A DNA stretch of 64,000 bases from an uncultured virus (IMG/VR IMGVR_UViG_3300021425_000021) (Duplodnaviria; Heunggongvirae; Uroviricota; Caudoviricetes). Of this stretch, positions 43,673 through 54,250 are shown piece after piece. Both the position numbers and the translations under genes were made by a program. The notes below the pieces were generated by a model. The model did not search any database. It had not been told where the DNA came from and saw only the letters and a program-made list of their open reading frames with translations. Where the stretch lies: the IMG/VR virus record IMGVR_UViG_3300021425_000021; one strand, written 5' to 3'. The first letter of the stretch is position 1; every line of letters begins with the position of its first letter.

Positions 43673-43927
43673 CTAATTTTTATTTAGGGCCTGTGTCCCA
43701 AAGAAAGCAGCTACAATACCAGCAACAGCCACAAAATAAGTTGGAGCCATATTGCCTAGAACATTAGCCGCAGTTTCTAGCCCAGTTAATGTGGAAACAA
43801 TAACCGCAAATGGATAGAGCAACATACCTAAAAGAGAAAACCATGCCATCTTTCTTTGCGCATCGCGCATAGCATCGGCGTCTTCTAATTTTTTTCGTTT
43901 AAACTCAGTGTCCATTTCTTCGGTCAT
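43673..43927 (-). CDS. Two-TM membrane protein
   Basis: QRKMAWFSL...YFVAVAGIVAAFFG. Confidence 0.7.
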   Translation of the reverse strand: MTEEMDTEFKRKKLEDADAMRDAQRKMAWFSLLGMLLYPFAVIVSTLTGLETAANVLGNMAPTYFVAVAGIVAAFFGTQALNKN

Positions 43928-45441
43928 AATTTTATATCAAATATTTTATAGTTTAATTTTTCTTTTGAATAATGTTTTATTCGCTCAATTGAATGGGTTA
44001 GTGCAAAGTTTCTTCTTTTCTTCCAATGTAAATCATCACAAATGTCGTACAAAACTGCTTCTCTACCATCAGTTGATTTTCTTAGCGTTCTACCAAGAGA
44101 TTGTAAAACTTTAATTCTACCTTTATGTGGTGTAGCGAATACCAGATTATGTAAGTTCTTAATATTTATACCTGTCGAAAAGGTTCCAATAGACGCCACA
44201 ATAATAGCGTTCTGTTCTTTCTCAACAACGGCTCTAATTTCATTTCTATATTCAGAGTCAACCTCACCATGTATTAGAAAAACTTTTCGACCCTTTTCGG
44301 CTTTCTCTGCTATCAAGTCATATAGAAATTGGCCATGATCTCTAAATCGAAACATAACTAATGTATTACCCTCAAGACTAGCAGAAAGATTAGCCACAAA
44401 TCTATTTCTTTTTTCGTGAAGACTAATATACTTTACTTCGTCTTGGTACTTAAATTTGGCATTCCTACGATCTTCATCCGAGTAAAGAAGCTTCATAATA
44501 TTGATTTGTAACGCGGATAGGTTACCTTCATCAATTTGTTCTTTTGTCGTAGTTGCTACGAACGTAGGACCAAATATTCCTTCTAAAACCATCTCATGAA
44601 CCTTAGTTCCATCGAGGGTTCCTGTAGTCCCAATCTTATAGAGAGAATTTGTCATTTTATCTAAAATGCCTTGGCACACCGTAGCAGAGCACGTATGAGC
44701 CTCATCACCAATTACGCCACCGACATTCATCATAAATGTTCTTTCAAACTTAGACAATGATTGCCATGTAGAAACAAGAACTTGTTGCTTAGCATTTTTA
44801 TCTTGGCCAGCAAAAATAGGATAACACATATCGCTAACTATAAAGCCTTCATCTAAAGTCGAGTAATCTTCAAAGTCAGAAATCAGCTGGTGAGTTAGAG
44901 TGGTTGTAGGAACAATAATGACAAATTTTTGTTCTGGATCTATTCTATCTAAAACCCATCTCATTACCATATACATGATAAGAGACTTACCTGTTCCCGT
45001 AGGAGAAAGAATCAATTTACGATAATTGGTAATACACTCATACGCTGCTGCTAATTGATAATCTCTAGGCTCAATTTTCTGACTACCATCACTAAGGTTT
45101 AAAGTCTGAACAAACTGATAAAACTCATCATATGTAATCTTATCATTTGAGCCAATTGTGCCAAAGTAGTTATTATTTTTAAGAACTATATTATAATTAC
45201 GCGATGGGTTATGCGCAAACTCAATCACAGCATTTAATAACCCAGCAGATAAAGTTCGCGTTCTCATATCAAAAAGACGTATCTTACCATCCCACATACC
45301 AGACTTATACTTCGGCATAAATTTATAGCCACTAGCATAAAAGCTAAAATGTTCTTGCAACTCGTGGTATACGCCCTCGTCGCTCGATTCTATTTCCATT
45401 TTAGAAAAGTTTTTATATGAGATAGTAAGTGTTTCAGACAT
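43924..45441 (-). CDS. uvsW: SF2 helicase UvsW
   Basis: WDGKIRL, RDYQ, SPTGTGKS, DEAH, QSLGR. Confidence 0.97.
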   Translation of the reverse strand: MSETLTISYKNFSKMEIESSDEGVYHELQEHFSFYASGYKFMPKYKSGMWDGKIRLFDMRTRTLSAGLLNAVIEFAHNPSRNYNIVLKNNNYFGTIGSNDKITYDEFYQFVQTLNLSDGSQKIEPRDYQLAAAYECITNYRKLILSPTGTGKSLIMYMVMRWVLDRIDPEQKFVIIVPTTTLTHQLISDFEDYSTLDEGFIVSDMCYPIFAGQDKNAKQQVLVSTWQSLSKFERTFMMNVGGVIGDEAHTCSATVCQGILDKMTNSLYKIGTTGTLDGTKVHEMVLEGIFGPTFVATTTKEQIDEGNLSALQINIMKLLYSDEDRRNAKFKYQDEVKYISLHEKRNRFVANLSASLEGNTLVMFRFRDHGQFLYDLIAEKAEKGRKVFLIHGEVDSEYRNEIRAVVEKEQNAIIVASIGTFSTGINIKNLHNLVFATPHKGRIKVLQSLGRTLRKSTDGREAVLYDICDDLHWKKRRNFALTHSIERIKHYSKEKLNYKIFDIKL

Positions 45442-45887
45442 TATGCCCCACTTTGAAACTTCATAAAGTCCAATGCGTTCTTAATGTGTTGATGTCTCCA
45501 TGTCACATTATTTAATATTGACTCTAAAGTCTCAAGCATGATTTCGGTTTCTTTTAATTTATCAATAAGAGATGATACGTCTTTATCGACCATAATATAA
45601 TCATCCATTTCAGATTTTAGCGGTTTTGCTAAACCTTTCCATGGATCATAATCCCAATTACGCTCGTCCATTTCTTCACGAGACATCGAGCCTTTAAGCC
45701 ACTTTCGCTTTGACATCTCAAGATCTTTAAGCTTTGACTTAATTCTGTGGTATTTTATTTTAACGGCAGCGTGCATTTCTAAATACTTAGAATGTAATAT
45801 CGCACTTCTTATTGATTCATCATCTAATTTAGCTTTATTTATTTCGCTATCTTTTTTCCACTCTAATAAGAGCTCTTCAATTGTCAT
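45441..45887 (-). CDS. uvsY: Recombination mediator UvsY
   Basis: W.KDS.I, LHSKY, IKNA, plus gene position. Confidence 0.9.
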   Translation of the reverse strand: MTIEELLLEWKKDSEINKAKLDDESIRSAILHSKYLEMHAAVKIKYHRIKSKLKDLEMSKRKWLKGSMSREEMDERNWDYDPWKGLAKPLKSEMDDYIMVDKDVSSLIDKLKETEIMLETLESILNNVTWRHQHIKNALDFMKFQSGA

Positions 45888-45889
45888 AT

Positions 45890-46342
45890 TTAAACATACT
45901 CGTAATAATCATAAACAAAATTTATAGATGCTTTGATGAGAGCGTCCGACCCATCTTGTGCACTAAACGTATCAATATTTATACTCGTAGGAAAGGCGGA
46001 TTTAAAATCTATCGCAAACACCTGCGCCTCAGATGAAGAGTATCCAATAAGTCGAATATCTTTCCGAATAGCATCGTTTTTAGTAATATTACTAATTAAC
46101 CAATTATGAACAGGAATTACATTTGTCAAACCGCTATTCACTAAAACATTTACGGCTAAATCTTCAAATGTTGCGGTTGATCCAGGATGTTTGGCCCTAA
46201 TAAATCGCGCATCTTGTTCTACGGGATTTGAAGTCACGTTAGGTATCTTAAAATCGATTACCCTCATTTGTAAGTCTAAATACTCTGATCCAGGTATAGA
46301 CATCGAAAAGTTAGTAGCTGTTGAATACGTACTATTAATCAT
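45890..46342 (-). CDS. 3: Tail tube terminator / tail completion protein
   Basis: gp19-like fold (PG, FEDL, AFPTS, F.YDYY), located after gp23, late promoter at 46365-46372. Confidence 0.8.
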   Translation of the reverse strand: MINSTYSTATNFSMSIPGSEYLDLQMRVIDFKIPNVTSNPVEQDARFIRAKHPGSTATFEDLAVNVLVNSGLTNVIPVHNWLISNITKNDAIRKDIRLIGYSSSEAQVFAIDFKSAFPTSINIDTFSAQDGSDALIKASINFVYDYYEYV

Positions 46343-46373
46343 ATATAAACTCCATAGCTCAGATTATTTATAC

Positions 46374-46404
46374 AAAAAAAGAAGGACCTCCGAAGAGGTC
46401 CTTC
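46374..46404 (-). terminator. Intrinsic terminator after gp23
   Basis: GAAGGACCTC-TTCG-GAGGTCCTTC followed by T7. Confidence 0.95.
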
Positions 46405-46428
46405 CAAATATAAGTTATTAATCTAAGA

Positions 46429-47766
46429 TTAAGAACCGTTATTAAGAAGTTCCGTAACACGGAAGATTCTGTAGTATACGTTCGAACGGTCAGCACCAAT
46501 GCTATCGGCAGCAATTGCAGCAGAGCCAGTAGCATATGGGTTAGCAACCATACCGTAGCGAGTCTTAAAGCCAATTTTTGGCTGGAAGGTTGACTCATTA
46601 ACGGCACGAACCATTGTCAGCGGAACATATGGGCAGTAGAAGAGACCTGCGTCATATGGAGAAGTACCGCGGTAACCAACAGTTGCGTAATCAACAGTCG
46701 CATATGGATCGATGTAAACTTTGATTTTGCCGTTCAGGACACCAGCGAAGGTGTTACCTGTATCGTCTACTTCCAACTTCGTGCTCAGAGCAGGAGTGTA
46801 AGAAAGCATGCCGCTGTTATGAAGAGCAGTAGCAACGTTCGACGAACAAAGTACAAAGTTACCTTTACCGCGACGTGTTTCTTTCGCGATTTGGTTAGCT
46901 TCGAAGTCAAGCTGAGTTACCAGACCCATGAACTTCTCAGCAGACCAGCGACCATCAGCGTCGGCAGTCAGAGAGAAAGTACCTGGAGTCGTGATGTTAG
47001 CTGTTTGAGCACCAAGCTTAGCAGTAACGTTGATCGAGCGAACAACTTCACGGTTAATTTCAGCAAGGATTTCAGTTGACAGGATGTTTGCCAGCTCAGC
47101 TTCAGCGTCGATGCCGTGGATAGCTTTCAGATCCTGTGCGATTTCCATTGTGTACTCAGCTTTGAGCGCACGTGTTTTCGCTGTAACAGTTGACTTTTCA
47201 ATCGAGAAAGACATCTCGTTGAAAGTAGAACCATCACCGAGTACTTCGCCAGCAGCGGTGCCAAGACCGGTACCGAAACCAAAGTTATCAGCAATGTTAT
47301 CGCCTGTACCAGAACCACCAGCACCAACGTCAGTTGCACCACCAGCACCAGTTACCAGCGAAGAAGAATCGCCAGCGTGTGTACCAGTACCACCAAAGTC
47401 TGTGTCTGCTTCGTTGAAGAGAGCTTCGGTAGAAGAGTTGTTAGCACCGTAGCGTGATTTCATCGCGAAGATGAGACCAGTTGGGCCAGACATTGGCTGA
47501 ACACCACAGATGTCATAAGCAACCAGGTTCGGCATTGCGCGACGAACGAGGCTGATTAGGATTGGGTTCCAGTTGTTTACGCCACCGTTAGAAACAGAGT
47601 TTCCGTGGACAGCTTCCGCCATCAGAGCTTCTTCAGCAAAAGCTTTTTCTTGGTTCTCAAGAATTTGAGCTGTGACAGCTTTACGATAGTGGCTATTGAT
47701 CTCGCCGGCTTCTGGCGCGTCGAGAACTGGTGACCACTTTTCGATCAAAAGATCAGTAGTTTTCAT
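46429..47766 (-). CDS. 23: Major capsid protein
   Basis: GVQPMSGPTGLIFA, RALKAEY, EINRE, YCPYVPL, FKTRYG. Confidence 0.99.
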   Translation of the reverse strand: MKTTDLLIEKWSPVLDAPEAGEINSHYRKAVTAQILENQEKAFAEEALMAEAVHGNSVSNGGVNNWNPILISLVRRAMPNLVAYDICGVQPMSGPTGLIFAMKSRYGANNSSTEALFNEADTDFGGTGTHAGDSSSLVTGAGGATDVGAGGSGTGDNIADNFGFGTGLGTAAGEVLGDGSTFNEMSFSIEKSTVTAKTRALKAEYTMEIAQDLKAIHGIDAEAELANILSTEILAEINREVVRSINVTAKLGAQTANITTPGTFSLTADADGRWSAEKFMGLVTQLDFEANQIAKETRRGKGNFVLCSSNVATALHNSGMLSYTPALSTKLEVDDTGNTFAGVLNGKIKVYIDPYATVDYATVGYRGTSPYDAGLFYCPYVPLTMVRAVNESTFQPKIGFKTRYGMVANPYATGSAAIAADSIGADRSNVYYRIFRVTELLNNGS

Positions 47767-47777
47767 TGTTCTTTTTC

Positions 47778-49208
47778 CTATTTAAATTTGCGGATAGCAC
47801 TTACGTACTTATCCATTGAGGTAGATGTTTGTTCTTCAGCAAGTGTTTCAAACTCTTGCGGTTCAGGTTGGTTTGTAGCTTCTGTAAAGTGTGTGGTCTT
47901 TACAGCTGTGATAGCCTTAATGAATTGCTTTTGATTTTTATAATCAACACCTTCAATAAGTTCTTTGAACCTTGAAGTTTCAACAGCGCTTAGATCTTCA
48001 GACGCTTTACGTACTGCGCGATCTTTACGAAGTTGAATGTTTTCACGACGCAATTTAATTGCGTGTTCATACAATTCATTGTTTTTGGCTTCAGCACCTT
48101 CGATCTCAGACTCAAGTTTTTCAACAAGATCAACTTTAGATTCTGGGACAGAGACATAATGCTCTTTGAAGAGTTCGCCGAGGCCTTCGAGGAATGAGCT
48201 AGACACACGAACTTTCAAACCCTCTTCAATAGCAAGAGAGTTTTCTTTCATATAGTTATCAACGACATAATCAAGATATTGATCTACTTTTTCAACAAGC
48301 TGTGATTCGAACTGTTCTACACGCTCTTCAAAGAGTTGTGAGTATTGTTCGCTCAATTGCTTATTAATCATAGAAGCTTTTTTGTTGACAGCATTTTCAA
48401 AGAGTTTAGCAGTCTTTTTCTGAGCTGACTCAGACAAGGTACTATCCATATTAATAATTGCTTTAATCTCTTTAGAAATATCAACTTCTACGTTCTCGAC
48501 TTTAACAATACCTTCACCAGTTCCGGAGACAGCTGGATTAGTTTTCTTAACGTCAACTTTGTTACCAGTCTGTGCAGTATTGTCTTTAGCAGGCGCAGAT
48601 TTTTCAATCGCATTAATAGTATCATCAATGGCTTCTTCATCATCAGCAGCTTTAGCCACTTTAGAATCATCAGCTTTACCAGCAGAACCACCTTGTTTAG
48701 ATTCTGGCCCAGAAGCTTTACCACCCTCAGGGGCGACATCGCCAGCACCAGACGCAGTGTCAGCAGCTTCAGCCATTTCCGATTTTGGCTTTCCATATGA
48801 CTCACCATGTGAACCACATTTGGCTTCTTCTACTTCTTCTGTTTCGTCATCGAATTCGAGATCTGCTTCATCGTCTCCGAATTCGCCTTCCTCTTTTTCA
48901 TCTGCAGGTTCAATATCATCGTCAGAATCCATCGTTTCGATTTCTTCCAACTCATCAACAATATTTTTCAACTGTGCAATCAGATCATCTAGATCGTCAG
49001 CATCATCATTATCGTCGTTGTCTTCTACGTCCAGATCAATAACTTCAGAAGAATCATCATCGTAACCCATATCCATATCTCCTTGAAGAAGGTCATCTTC
49101 GTTATTGTCTTTATCTGCACCGTAGACTTTTACTTCGTCTTCATTCATAGTTGACTCCTTGAGTGTACCAAGGAGCTCATCAAGTTTTTTCTGTTGCATT
49201 GAATGCAC
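47778..49208 (-). CDS. 22: Prohead core scaffold protein
   Basis: VDQYLDYVV, F.EHY..VPE, MDKYV, long acidic N-terminus. Confidence 0.9.
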   Translation of the reverse strand: MHSMQQKKLDELLGTLKESTMNEDEVKVYGADKDNNEDDLLQGDMDMGYDDDSSEVIDLDVEDNDDNDDADDLDDLIAQLKNIVDELEEIETMDSDDDIEPADEKEEGEFGDDEADLEFDDETEEVEEAKCGSHGESYGKPKSEMAEAADTASGAGDVAPEGGKASGPESKQGGSAGKADDSKVAKAADDEEAIDDTINAIEKSAPAKDNTAQTGNKVDVKKTNPAVSGTGEGIVKVENVEVDISKEIKAIINMDSTLSESAQKKTAKLFENAVNKKASMINKQLSEQYSQLFEERVEQFESQLVEKVDQYLDYVVDNYMKENSLAIEEGLKVRVSSSFLEGLGELFKEHYVSVPESKVDLVEKLESEIEGAEAKNNELYEHAIKLRRENIQLRKDRAVRKASEDLSAVETSRFKELIEGVDYKNQKQFIKAITAVKTTHFTEATNQPEPQEFETLAEEQTSTSMDKYVSAIRKFK

Positions 49209-49210
49209 TC

Positions 49211-49837
49211 CTAAATCAAACTCGAGAGGAGCCTTTTCATATCACGAAGCCTTTGGCTTTCGCTAACAAGCTCAGTCTCATTTATATTTTCAACATTTTT
49301 GGAAACCCATACACCTTTGGCATTTTGAACCCATTCAATACCTTCTTGTATGCCATTAACAAATGCGTTTGGCGCTGAAGGATCTTGAACAATATCAACT
49401 GTTACTAATGAAAAATCATCATTTACGGGAGAAATACCATCGCTATCTGGAGTACCCAACGTACCCATACCACGAGAGGAAACGCCTAACTGAACACCAC
49501 CTTCAAGCAAACCTTTTACGATTTTACCGTTAGGAGTATTAAGAATAAGCGCCTTTCCAACCACATTATCTCCTTGCCATTCAAGGGAAAGGATGCGGTG
49601 AGAAACATTTTGGTAGTCAACAATAGGGGAATCTGGATGATTTAATTCACCAACAGCTCGACCCGTTTTTACTTGTTTTTCTACATATTCATTTACGGCC
49701 TTTTCAAGGACGTCTTTGGAATACCGTCTTTTATTACGGTTTCCAGTTGTTTGCATGAAAATACCTTCAATATATACATCACCATTACCTTCTATCTTTG
49801 CTTCGGTAATTTGATTATATTCTTTGATAAGTTTCAT
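49211..49837 (-). CDS. 21: Prohead protease
   Basis: IEGIFMQ, GELNHP, GVSSRGMG, DPSAP. Confidence 0.97.
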   Translation of the reverse strand: MKLIKEYNQITEAKIEGNGDVYIEGIFMQTTGNRNKRRYSKDVLEKAVNEYVEKQVKTGRAVGELNHPDSPIVDYQNVSHRILSLEWQGDNVVGKALILNTPNGKIVKGLLEGGVQLGVSSRGMGTLGTPDSDGISPVNDDFSLVTVDIVQDPSAPNAFVNGIQEGIEWVQNAKGVWVSKNVENINETELVSESQRLRDMKRLLSSLI

Positions 49838-49852
49838 TTGTTTTTTTTCCTG

Positions 49853-50011
49853 CTATGTCTTTTTATTAAACATTGATTGCGCAACTTGAGGCTCTTTTGC
49901 TCGAATAGCAGCACCAACCTTTTGATCCATAACACTCATAAATGTTTTTTCGGCCTGACGATTACGATTATTGGCCAAATGATTAATTAATTCTTTTACA
50001 CTGTTACTCAT
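49853..50011 (-). CDS. 67: Prohead core protein gp67-like (52 aa), not in the ORF track
   Basis: MSNSVKELINHLANNRNRQAEKTFMSVMDQKV..., lying between gp20 and gp21, late promoter at 50025-50032 and AAGGA RBS. Confidence 0.7.
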   Translation of the reverse strand: MSNSVKELINHLANNRNRQAEKTFMSVMDQKVGAAIRAKEPQVAQSMFNKKT

Positions 50012-50044
50012 TTTATATCCTTATTATTTATATATTTTATTTTT

Positions 50045-51847
50045 CTAAAGATTGTCAATATCTATTTCATCGCCGCCGATATCGAGATCTTGATCAATAT
50101 CAGTTGCCGCTCCAGCGGGTGGACCAGGTTCAATCTCATCACCAGTGTCTATTTCATCGCCAGCGGTTGGTATATCTAAAGCATCTACACCGCCACCACC
50201 AAAGTCAGATGGCATAAATTCTTCGCCTTCATTATCAATTTTACGGAAAAGATTATCATTAGAAATATACTCTTTTCTCATTTCATCTTTGATTTTTTCA
50301 ACTTCTTCATCAGTTTGCTTTAGAACATGTTTACGGACATATTCTCTAGAAAAGAATTCATTAGGATTAAAGCCAAGATCTTTTAGAGTATTAACTCTTT
50401 CTCTGAAAATTTCAGCGTCTTTAAGCTCTGAATAATAATTGTCACGATTATAATCAACAATCAATTGCTCACGAATATTATCCCACTCGTGATCTTTAAT
50501 GATTCCTTTTAATACCAATTGGGTACGTAAAAGGTCTTTAAACAATTGACCAAAACGAACTCTTAGTCTATCAACAAACTTTTGAAAACGTATTTCTTCA
50601 CGGTCAATTTCACCATTTTTACCAATATTAAATGTTTGCTCGTTTGGAGTCAAGCGCCCAATTGGAACATTTAAAGATTTATAAAGCCTTTGTTGAAAAT
50701 ACTCAACATCAGTAATATTACCTAGGTTTTCTCCACCACTTAAAGTAGATACCTCGGTTCCTTTACCACCAGCTGTTTTAGGAAGCCAAAAGTCTTCAAG
50801 CATATGTTGATGATGTCTATTAGAATTGATTTCACCGGTAGTAGCGTCATAAGTAATTTTATTTTTATACTTAGACATAAGATTGTGAATATATTCTTCG
50901 GCTTGCTTTTTAGGCATATCGCCAACATCAATTGAAAAAATACGACGTTCAGGAGCTCGAACCGTACGATAAACAATAAGAGAATCTTCCATCATTCGTA
51001 GCTGATTAATACAACGTAATGATTTGTGTAAATATGAAAGAGATACTTTACGCGATGCATCTGTTAGGCCTGAAGTCACATAGGCAACAGTGTCTTTAGC
51101 TAGCTTCAATCCAGCAGCATTATCACCGCCCATTGACGTACCATATGTATTCGTAGAAGCATTCGTATTATATTGATCTTCTGAGTAGATAAAGTACTCT
51201 TCTACACTTTTAATAAAATCAACACCGGTACGTGGATCTTTTTCTCTTTCAATTTCTTTGATTTTACGAATTTGAGTCGGATTAATTGCTCGTAATTCTA
51301 AAATACCTTTTCGCGGATTATCAAGATCAATTACAATATGGTAAACACATTTTCCATCAATATACCATCTCCGAAAAATATCAGTGCCATATTTTCTAAA
51401 TTCTAGTTTAGTTAAAATATGATCGAATTCAGCATGCAATTTTTCTTTAACACTATCGTCAATATCTACGTGATCTAGATTTAAAGAAATTGGAATATCT
51501 TCATCGTTATTAACAATAGTTTCATTCACAATTTCATGAATGGCTGCATCAACTTCTGGTTGCATTGCAGCATTACGATATTTAGCAATTAGATCTCGTT
51601 CACTCGCATAATTGTCGCCGCGTGTATCAAGAGTTTGACCGAAGAAACCGCCGGCATTGCCGTACATAATTTCTGCTGATTCATTTTCTTCTTGTGGTGA
51701 TACAAAGGACTTAGCAGATTGATTTTTCTCTTTATCGCTTTCAATTTCAAAGCCAAAGAAATCTCCTTGCTTCATTTCCTCACGAGCTTCATCAGAATCT
51801 TTAAGCTCATTGCCACTCTTTTTTAAGTGTCGAGGATCAACAACCAT
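50045..51847 (-). CDS. 20: Portal protein
   Basis: WYIDG, NQLRMMED, RAPERR, EDFWLP. Confidence 0.98.
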   Translation of the reverse strand: MVVDPRHLKKSGNELKDSDEAREEMKQGDFFGFEIESDKEKNQSAKSFVSPQEENESAEIMYGNAGGFFGQTLDTRGDNYASERDLIAKYRNAAMQPEVDAAIHEIVNETIVNNDEDIPISLNLDHVDIDDSVKEKLHAEFDHILTKLEFRKYGTDIFRRWYIDGKCVYHIVIDLDNPRKGILELRAINPTQIRKIKEIEREKDPRTGVDFIKSVEEYFIYSEDQYNTNASTNTYGTSMGGDNAAGLKLAKDTVAYVTSGLTDASRKVSLSYLHKSLRCINQLRMMEDSLIVYRTVRAPERRIFSIDVGDMPKKQAEEYIHNLMSKYKNKITYDATTGEINSNRHHQHMLEDFWLPKTAGGKGTEVSTLSGGENLGNITDVEYFQQRLYKSLNVPIGRLTPNEQTFNIGKNGEIDREEIRFQKFVDRLRVRFGQLFKDLLRTQLVLKGIIKDHEWDNIREQLIVDYNRDNYYSELKDAEIFRERVNTLKDLGFNPNEFFSREYVRKHVLKQTDEEVEKIKDEMRKEYISNDNLFRKIDNEGEEFMPSDFGGGGVDALDIPTAGDEIDTGDEIEPGPPAGAATDIDQDLDIGGDEIDIDNL

Positions 51848-51860
51848 ATTATTTTTCCTA

Positions 51861-51898
51861 AAATAGGGGTACAGATTTATTCTATACCCCTATTTATA
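51861..51898 (-). promoter_or_regulatory. Late promoter overlapping an 11-bp inverted repeat
   Basis: TATAAATA at 51891-51898, aaataggggta...tacccctattt. Confidence 0.75.
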
Positions 51899-51902
51899 TA
51901 GT

Positions 51903-52451
51903 TTATAAGATGCTACCTACAATAGTGTCAGCTGACTTCCAATGCTGATAAGCAAAGTTTACTGTAAATTCTTCAATAGAAGTAGCAGCATCATATTTTA
52001 AATCAATTGCTCCAATTGTTGCTGGGAACGCATTTTCAATAATGAATTCCTTAATAACTTGTTCTTGACGATTTAGTTGTTGTATACGAATGTCAGCAGT
52101 ATATTCAGTAACATCGCTTAAACCTTCATTTGTTTGAAGATTATTGATTCCATTTTGCCAGCGAACAAAGGCGCTATGTACATCAAAGGATTCATCATTG
52201 TACATAGTAACCTGCCAATTTTCAAAGGTACGATCACCAGCTAACTTTAACATACGTCCACGAAACGGGACTTCAATAACGTTAACTGTCGCTCCTGGAA
52301 TCTGGCCAGCCCGGCAAAGGAAAGATGATTTCTGCGTTTCTTGACCGTTTTGAATGGCATAAGTTGGGAAGTTAACGATAATCTTAAATAAATTACCGCG
52401 TGCTCCACCATTAGCAAGCTGAGACTTAAAGTCGTTAATGTTTAATGTCAT
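51903..52451 (-). CDS. 19: Tail tube protein
   Basis: GGAR.NLF, GDRTFE.W, IEEFTV.F.Y. Confidence 0.96.
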   Translation of the reverse strand: MTLNINDFKSQLANGGARGNLFKIIVNFPTYAIQNGQETQKSSFLCRAGQIPGATVNVIEVPFRGRMLKLAGDRTFENWQVTMYNDESFDVHSAFVRWQNGINNLQTNEGLSDVTEYTADIRIQQLNRQEQVIKEFIIENAFPATIGAIDLKYDAATSIEEFTVNFAYQHWKSADTIVGSIL

Positions 52452-52463
52452 TTAAAATCTCTC

Positions 52464-54161
52464 CTAAGATACGATCGTATCAAAGCTAACACCAGTACGT
52501 GTTGCAATGAAGTTAAGTTGAATAAAGTTAATAGAGCGCGCCGGCTGTACATAAATATCAGCAACGAACTCATTGCGGTCTACTACATCGCCAGGGTTAT
52601 TTGTTTCATCACAAACCACGGCAAAATTAGTAATACCTTGTTGTCCTTGAATCGTGCGAAGGAAAGGTTCAACAATATTTTTAAATTGAGATCTCGTAAA
52701 CTCATTATTGAATTCAAAAAGAATATCACGAGCTGCAATTGTAATGCTCTTCTCCATAAGAATAAAGAGACGGCGAACATTGACACGATCAAAGGCAGAA
52801 GGTCGACCAGTATGTGTTTTATCACCAAAGAGAACTGTACCTTCACCAGGGAAAGTTACGATTGGATTAATTCCGGCTTTATATAGAGTATCGCGATCAG
52901 CTTCTGTAGGATTAAATGCTAGCTTGACAACGTTACGAATCTGTCCTCTACGGAATCCTGCTGGAGAAAAGAAAGAACCACGAGTTCTATCAGTTTCTGC
53001 CATAAGACCAGCAACTGAACCAGAGGCTGGAATATTAATCAGACCATCGTTAAAGCGATCATATACAATCAAACGGCCAGAATCAACAACAGCGTATGTC
53101 GAAGAAGTAAAGGCATCTGCTCTTGTTTTAATTTCTGCCGTTGTATCATCAGCCGCAGCAGGTGAAAGAGTACATACACAATCTTTACGTGATTCACAGA
53201 TTCCAATAATATCATTGGCAACTGTGGTTTCACCACCAGTTGGCAAGTTAGGACCAATCAGAATAGAAACATCTGAGTTGGCTGAGTCGGTGAAAAGAGC
53301 ATAACCAGTATCAAATTCGCTAGCAGTAAGAGCAGCAGAATCAACACCAGCAGTTAGCGCTGTAGAAACAACTCCATTAGATGGTGTAACAGCGTAATCT
53401 AATGTACCAGTCGCAGCATTCCCAGCTTGAGGGAAGTTTGAAGTATCTGTTGCGCCAAACCAAATATAAGAAGAATTGTCGTTGATTACTGTCTTGTAAT
53501 AGTTAGATGCGCCAACTTCTGTTTTTGCGTCAGATGCTTGGGATAGGAATGGATATACTTCCAATACAGTTCCAGGAGTTCCACTAATTAGACCATCTTC
53601 ATCAATGACAACGACATGGATTTCATCATTTGATGAACCACGTGCATTTGAATAAGAAGATGTACCAACTGGACCAGTAAACCGATTAGAGTATGTCCAA
53701 CTATCAAAGTTTGTTAGAGTTGTAGACGTATCTGTTTTAAATCCAAAAACTTCTACTTTAAGGGAATTGCCAAGCGCGCCTGGATATTTAGCAACCCAGT
53801 GACCTTGGTTAACAAACGAAAGTGTTTGTCCATCATAGTTTGTTTTATTTTTGATGACTGTTGAAGCATCACCACCGCTATTTGCGTTATTGGCGGCAGA
53901 TGTTACAGTACGAACTACTTCAGCATTATTGCTGTAGCTTAAAAATTGTGCGAGAATATGGTAGTCAATGGTTTCTGCTGACGTAGGGGTTCCAAATTTA
54001 GCAAGAACTTCGTTTTCGGAACCAACCGTAGTGATCTCTTCAACAGGACCCCAACGGAAGTTACCAACAAAACCACCAATCGATGTGGAGACAGCGGGTG
54101 CACGAGTTGTATTATCAATCTCGGCAATGCTGACGCCGGGTGAAACGCGATTCAAAGGCAT
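52464..54161 (-). CDS. 18: Tail sheath protein
   Basis: SPGV, WGP, SPAG, FGDKT, RVNVRRLF. Late promoter at 54239-54246. Confidence 0.98.
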   Translation of the reverse strand: MPLNRVSPGVSIAEIDNTTRAPAVSTSIGGFVGNFRWGPVEEITTVGSENEVLAKFGTPTSAETIDYHILAQFLSYSNNAEVVRTVTSAANNANSGGDASTVIKNKTNYDGQTLSFVNQGHWVAKYPGALGNSLKVEVFGFKTDTSTTLTNFDSWTYSNRFTGPVGTSSYSNARGSSNDEIHVVVIDEDGLISGTPGTVLEVYPFLSQASDAKTEVGASNYYKTVINDNSSYIWFGATDTSNFPQAGNAATGTLDYAVTPSNGVVSTALTAGVDSAALTASEFDTGYALFTDSANSDVSILIGPNLPTGGETTVANDIIGICESRKDCVCTLSPAAADDTTAEIKTRADAFTSSTYAVVDSGRLIVYDRFNDGLINIPASGSVAGLMAETDRTRGSFFSPAGFRRGQIRNVVKLAFNPTEADRDTLYKAGINPIVTFPGEGTVLFGDKTHTGRPSAFDRVNVRRLFILMEKSITIAARDILFEFNNEFTRSQFKNIVEPFLRTIQGQQGITNFAVVCDETNNPGDVVDRNEFVADIYVQPARSINFIQLNFIATRTGVSFDTIVS

Positions 54162-54250
54162 TTATTTTTTTCCTTTATGGCTTGAATGATATGGCGATAT
54201 AACAATTAAATAATAAGAAAAATCAACTTACAACATACTATTTATAATTT

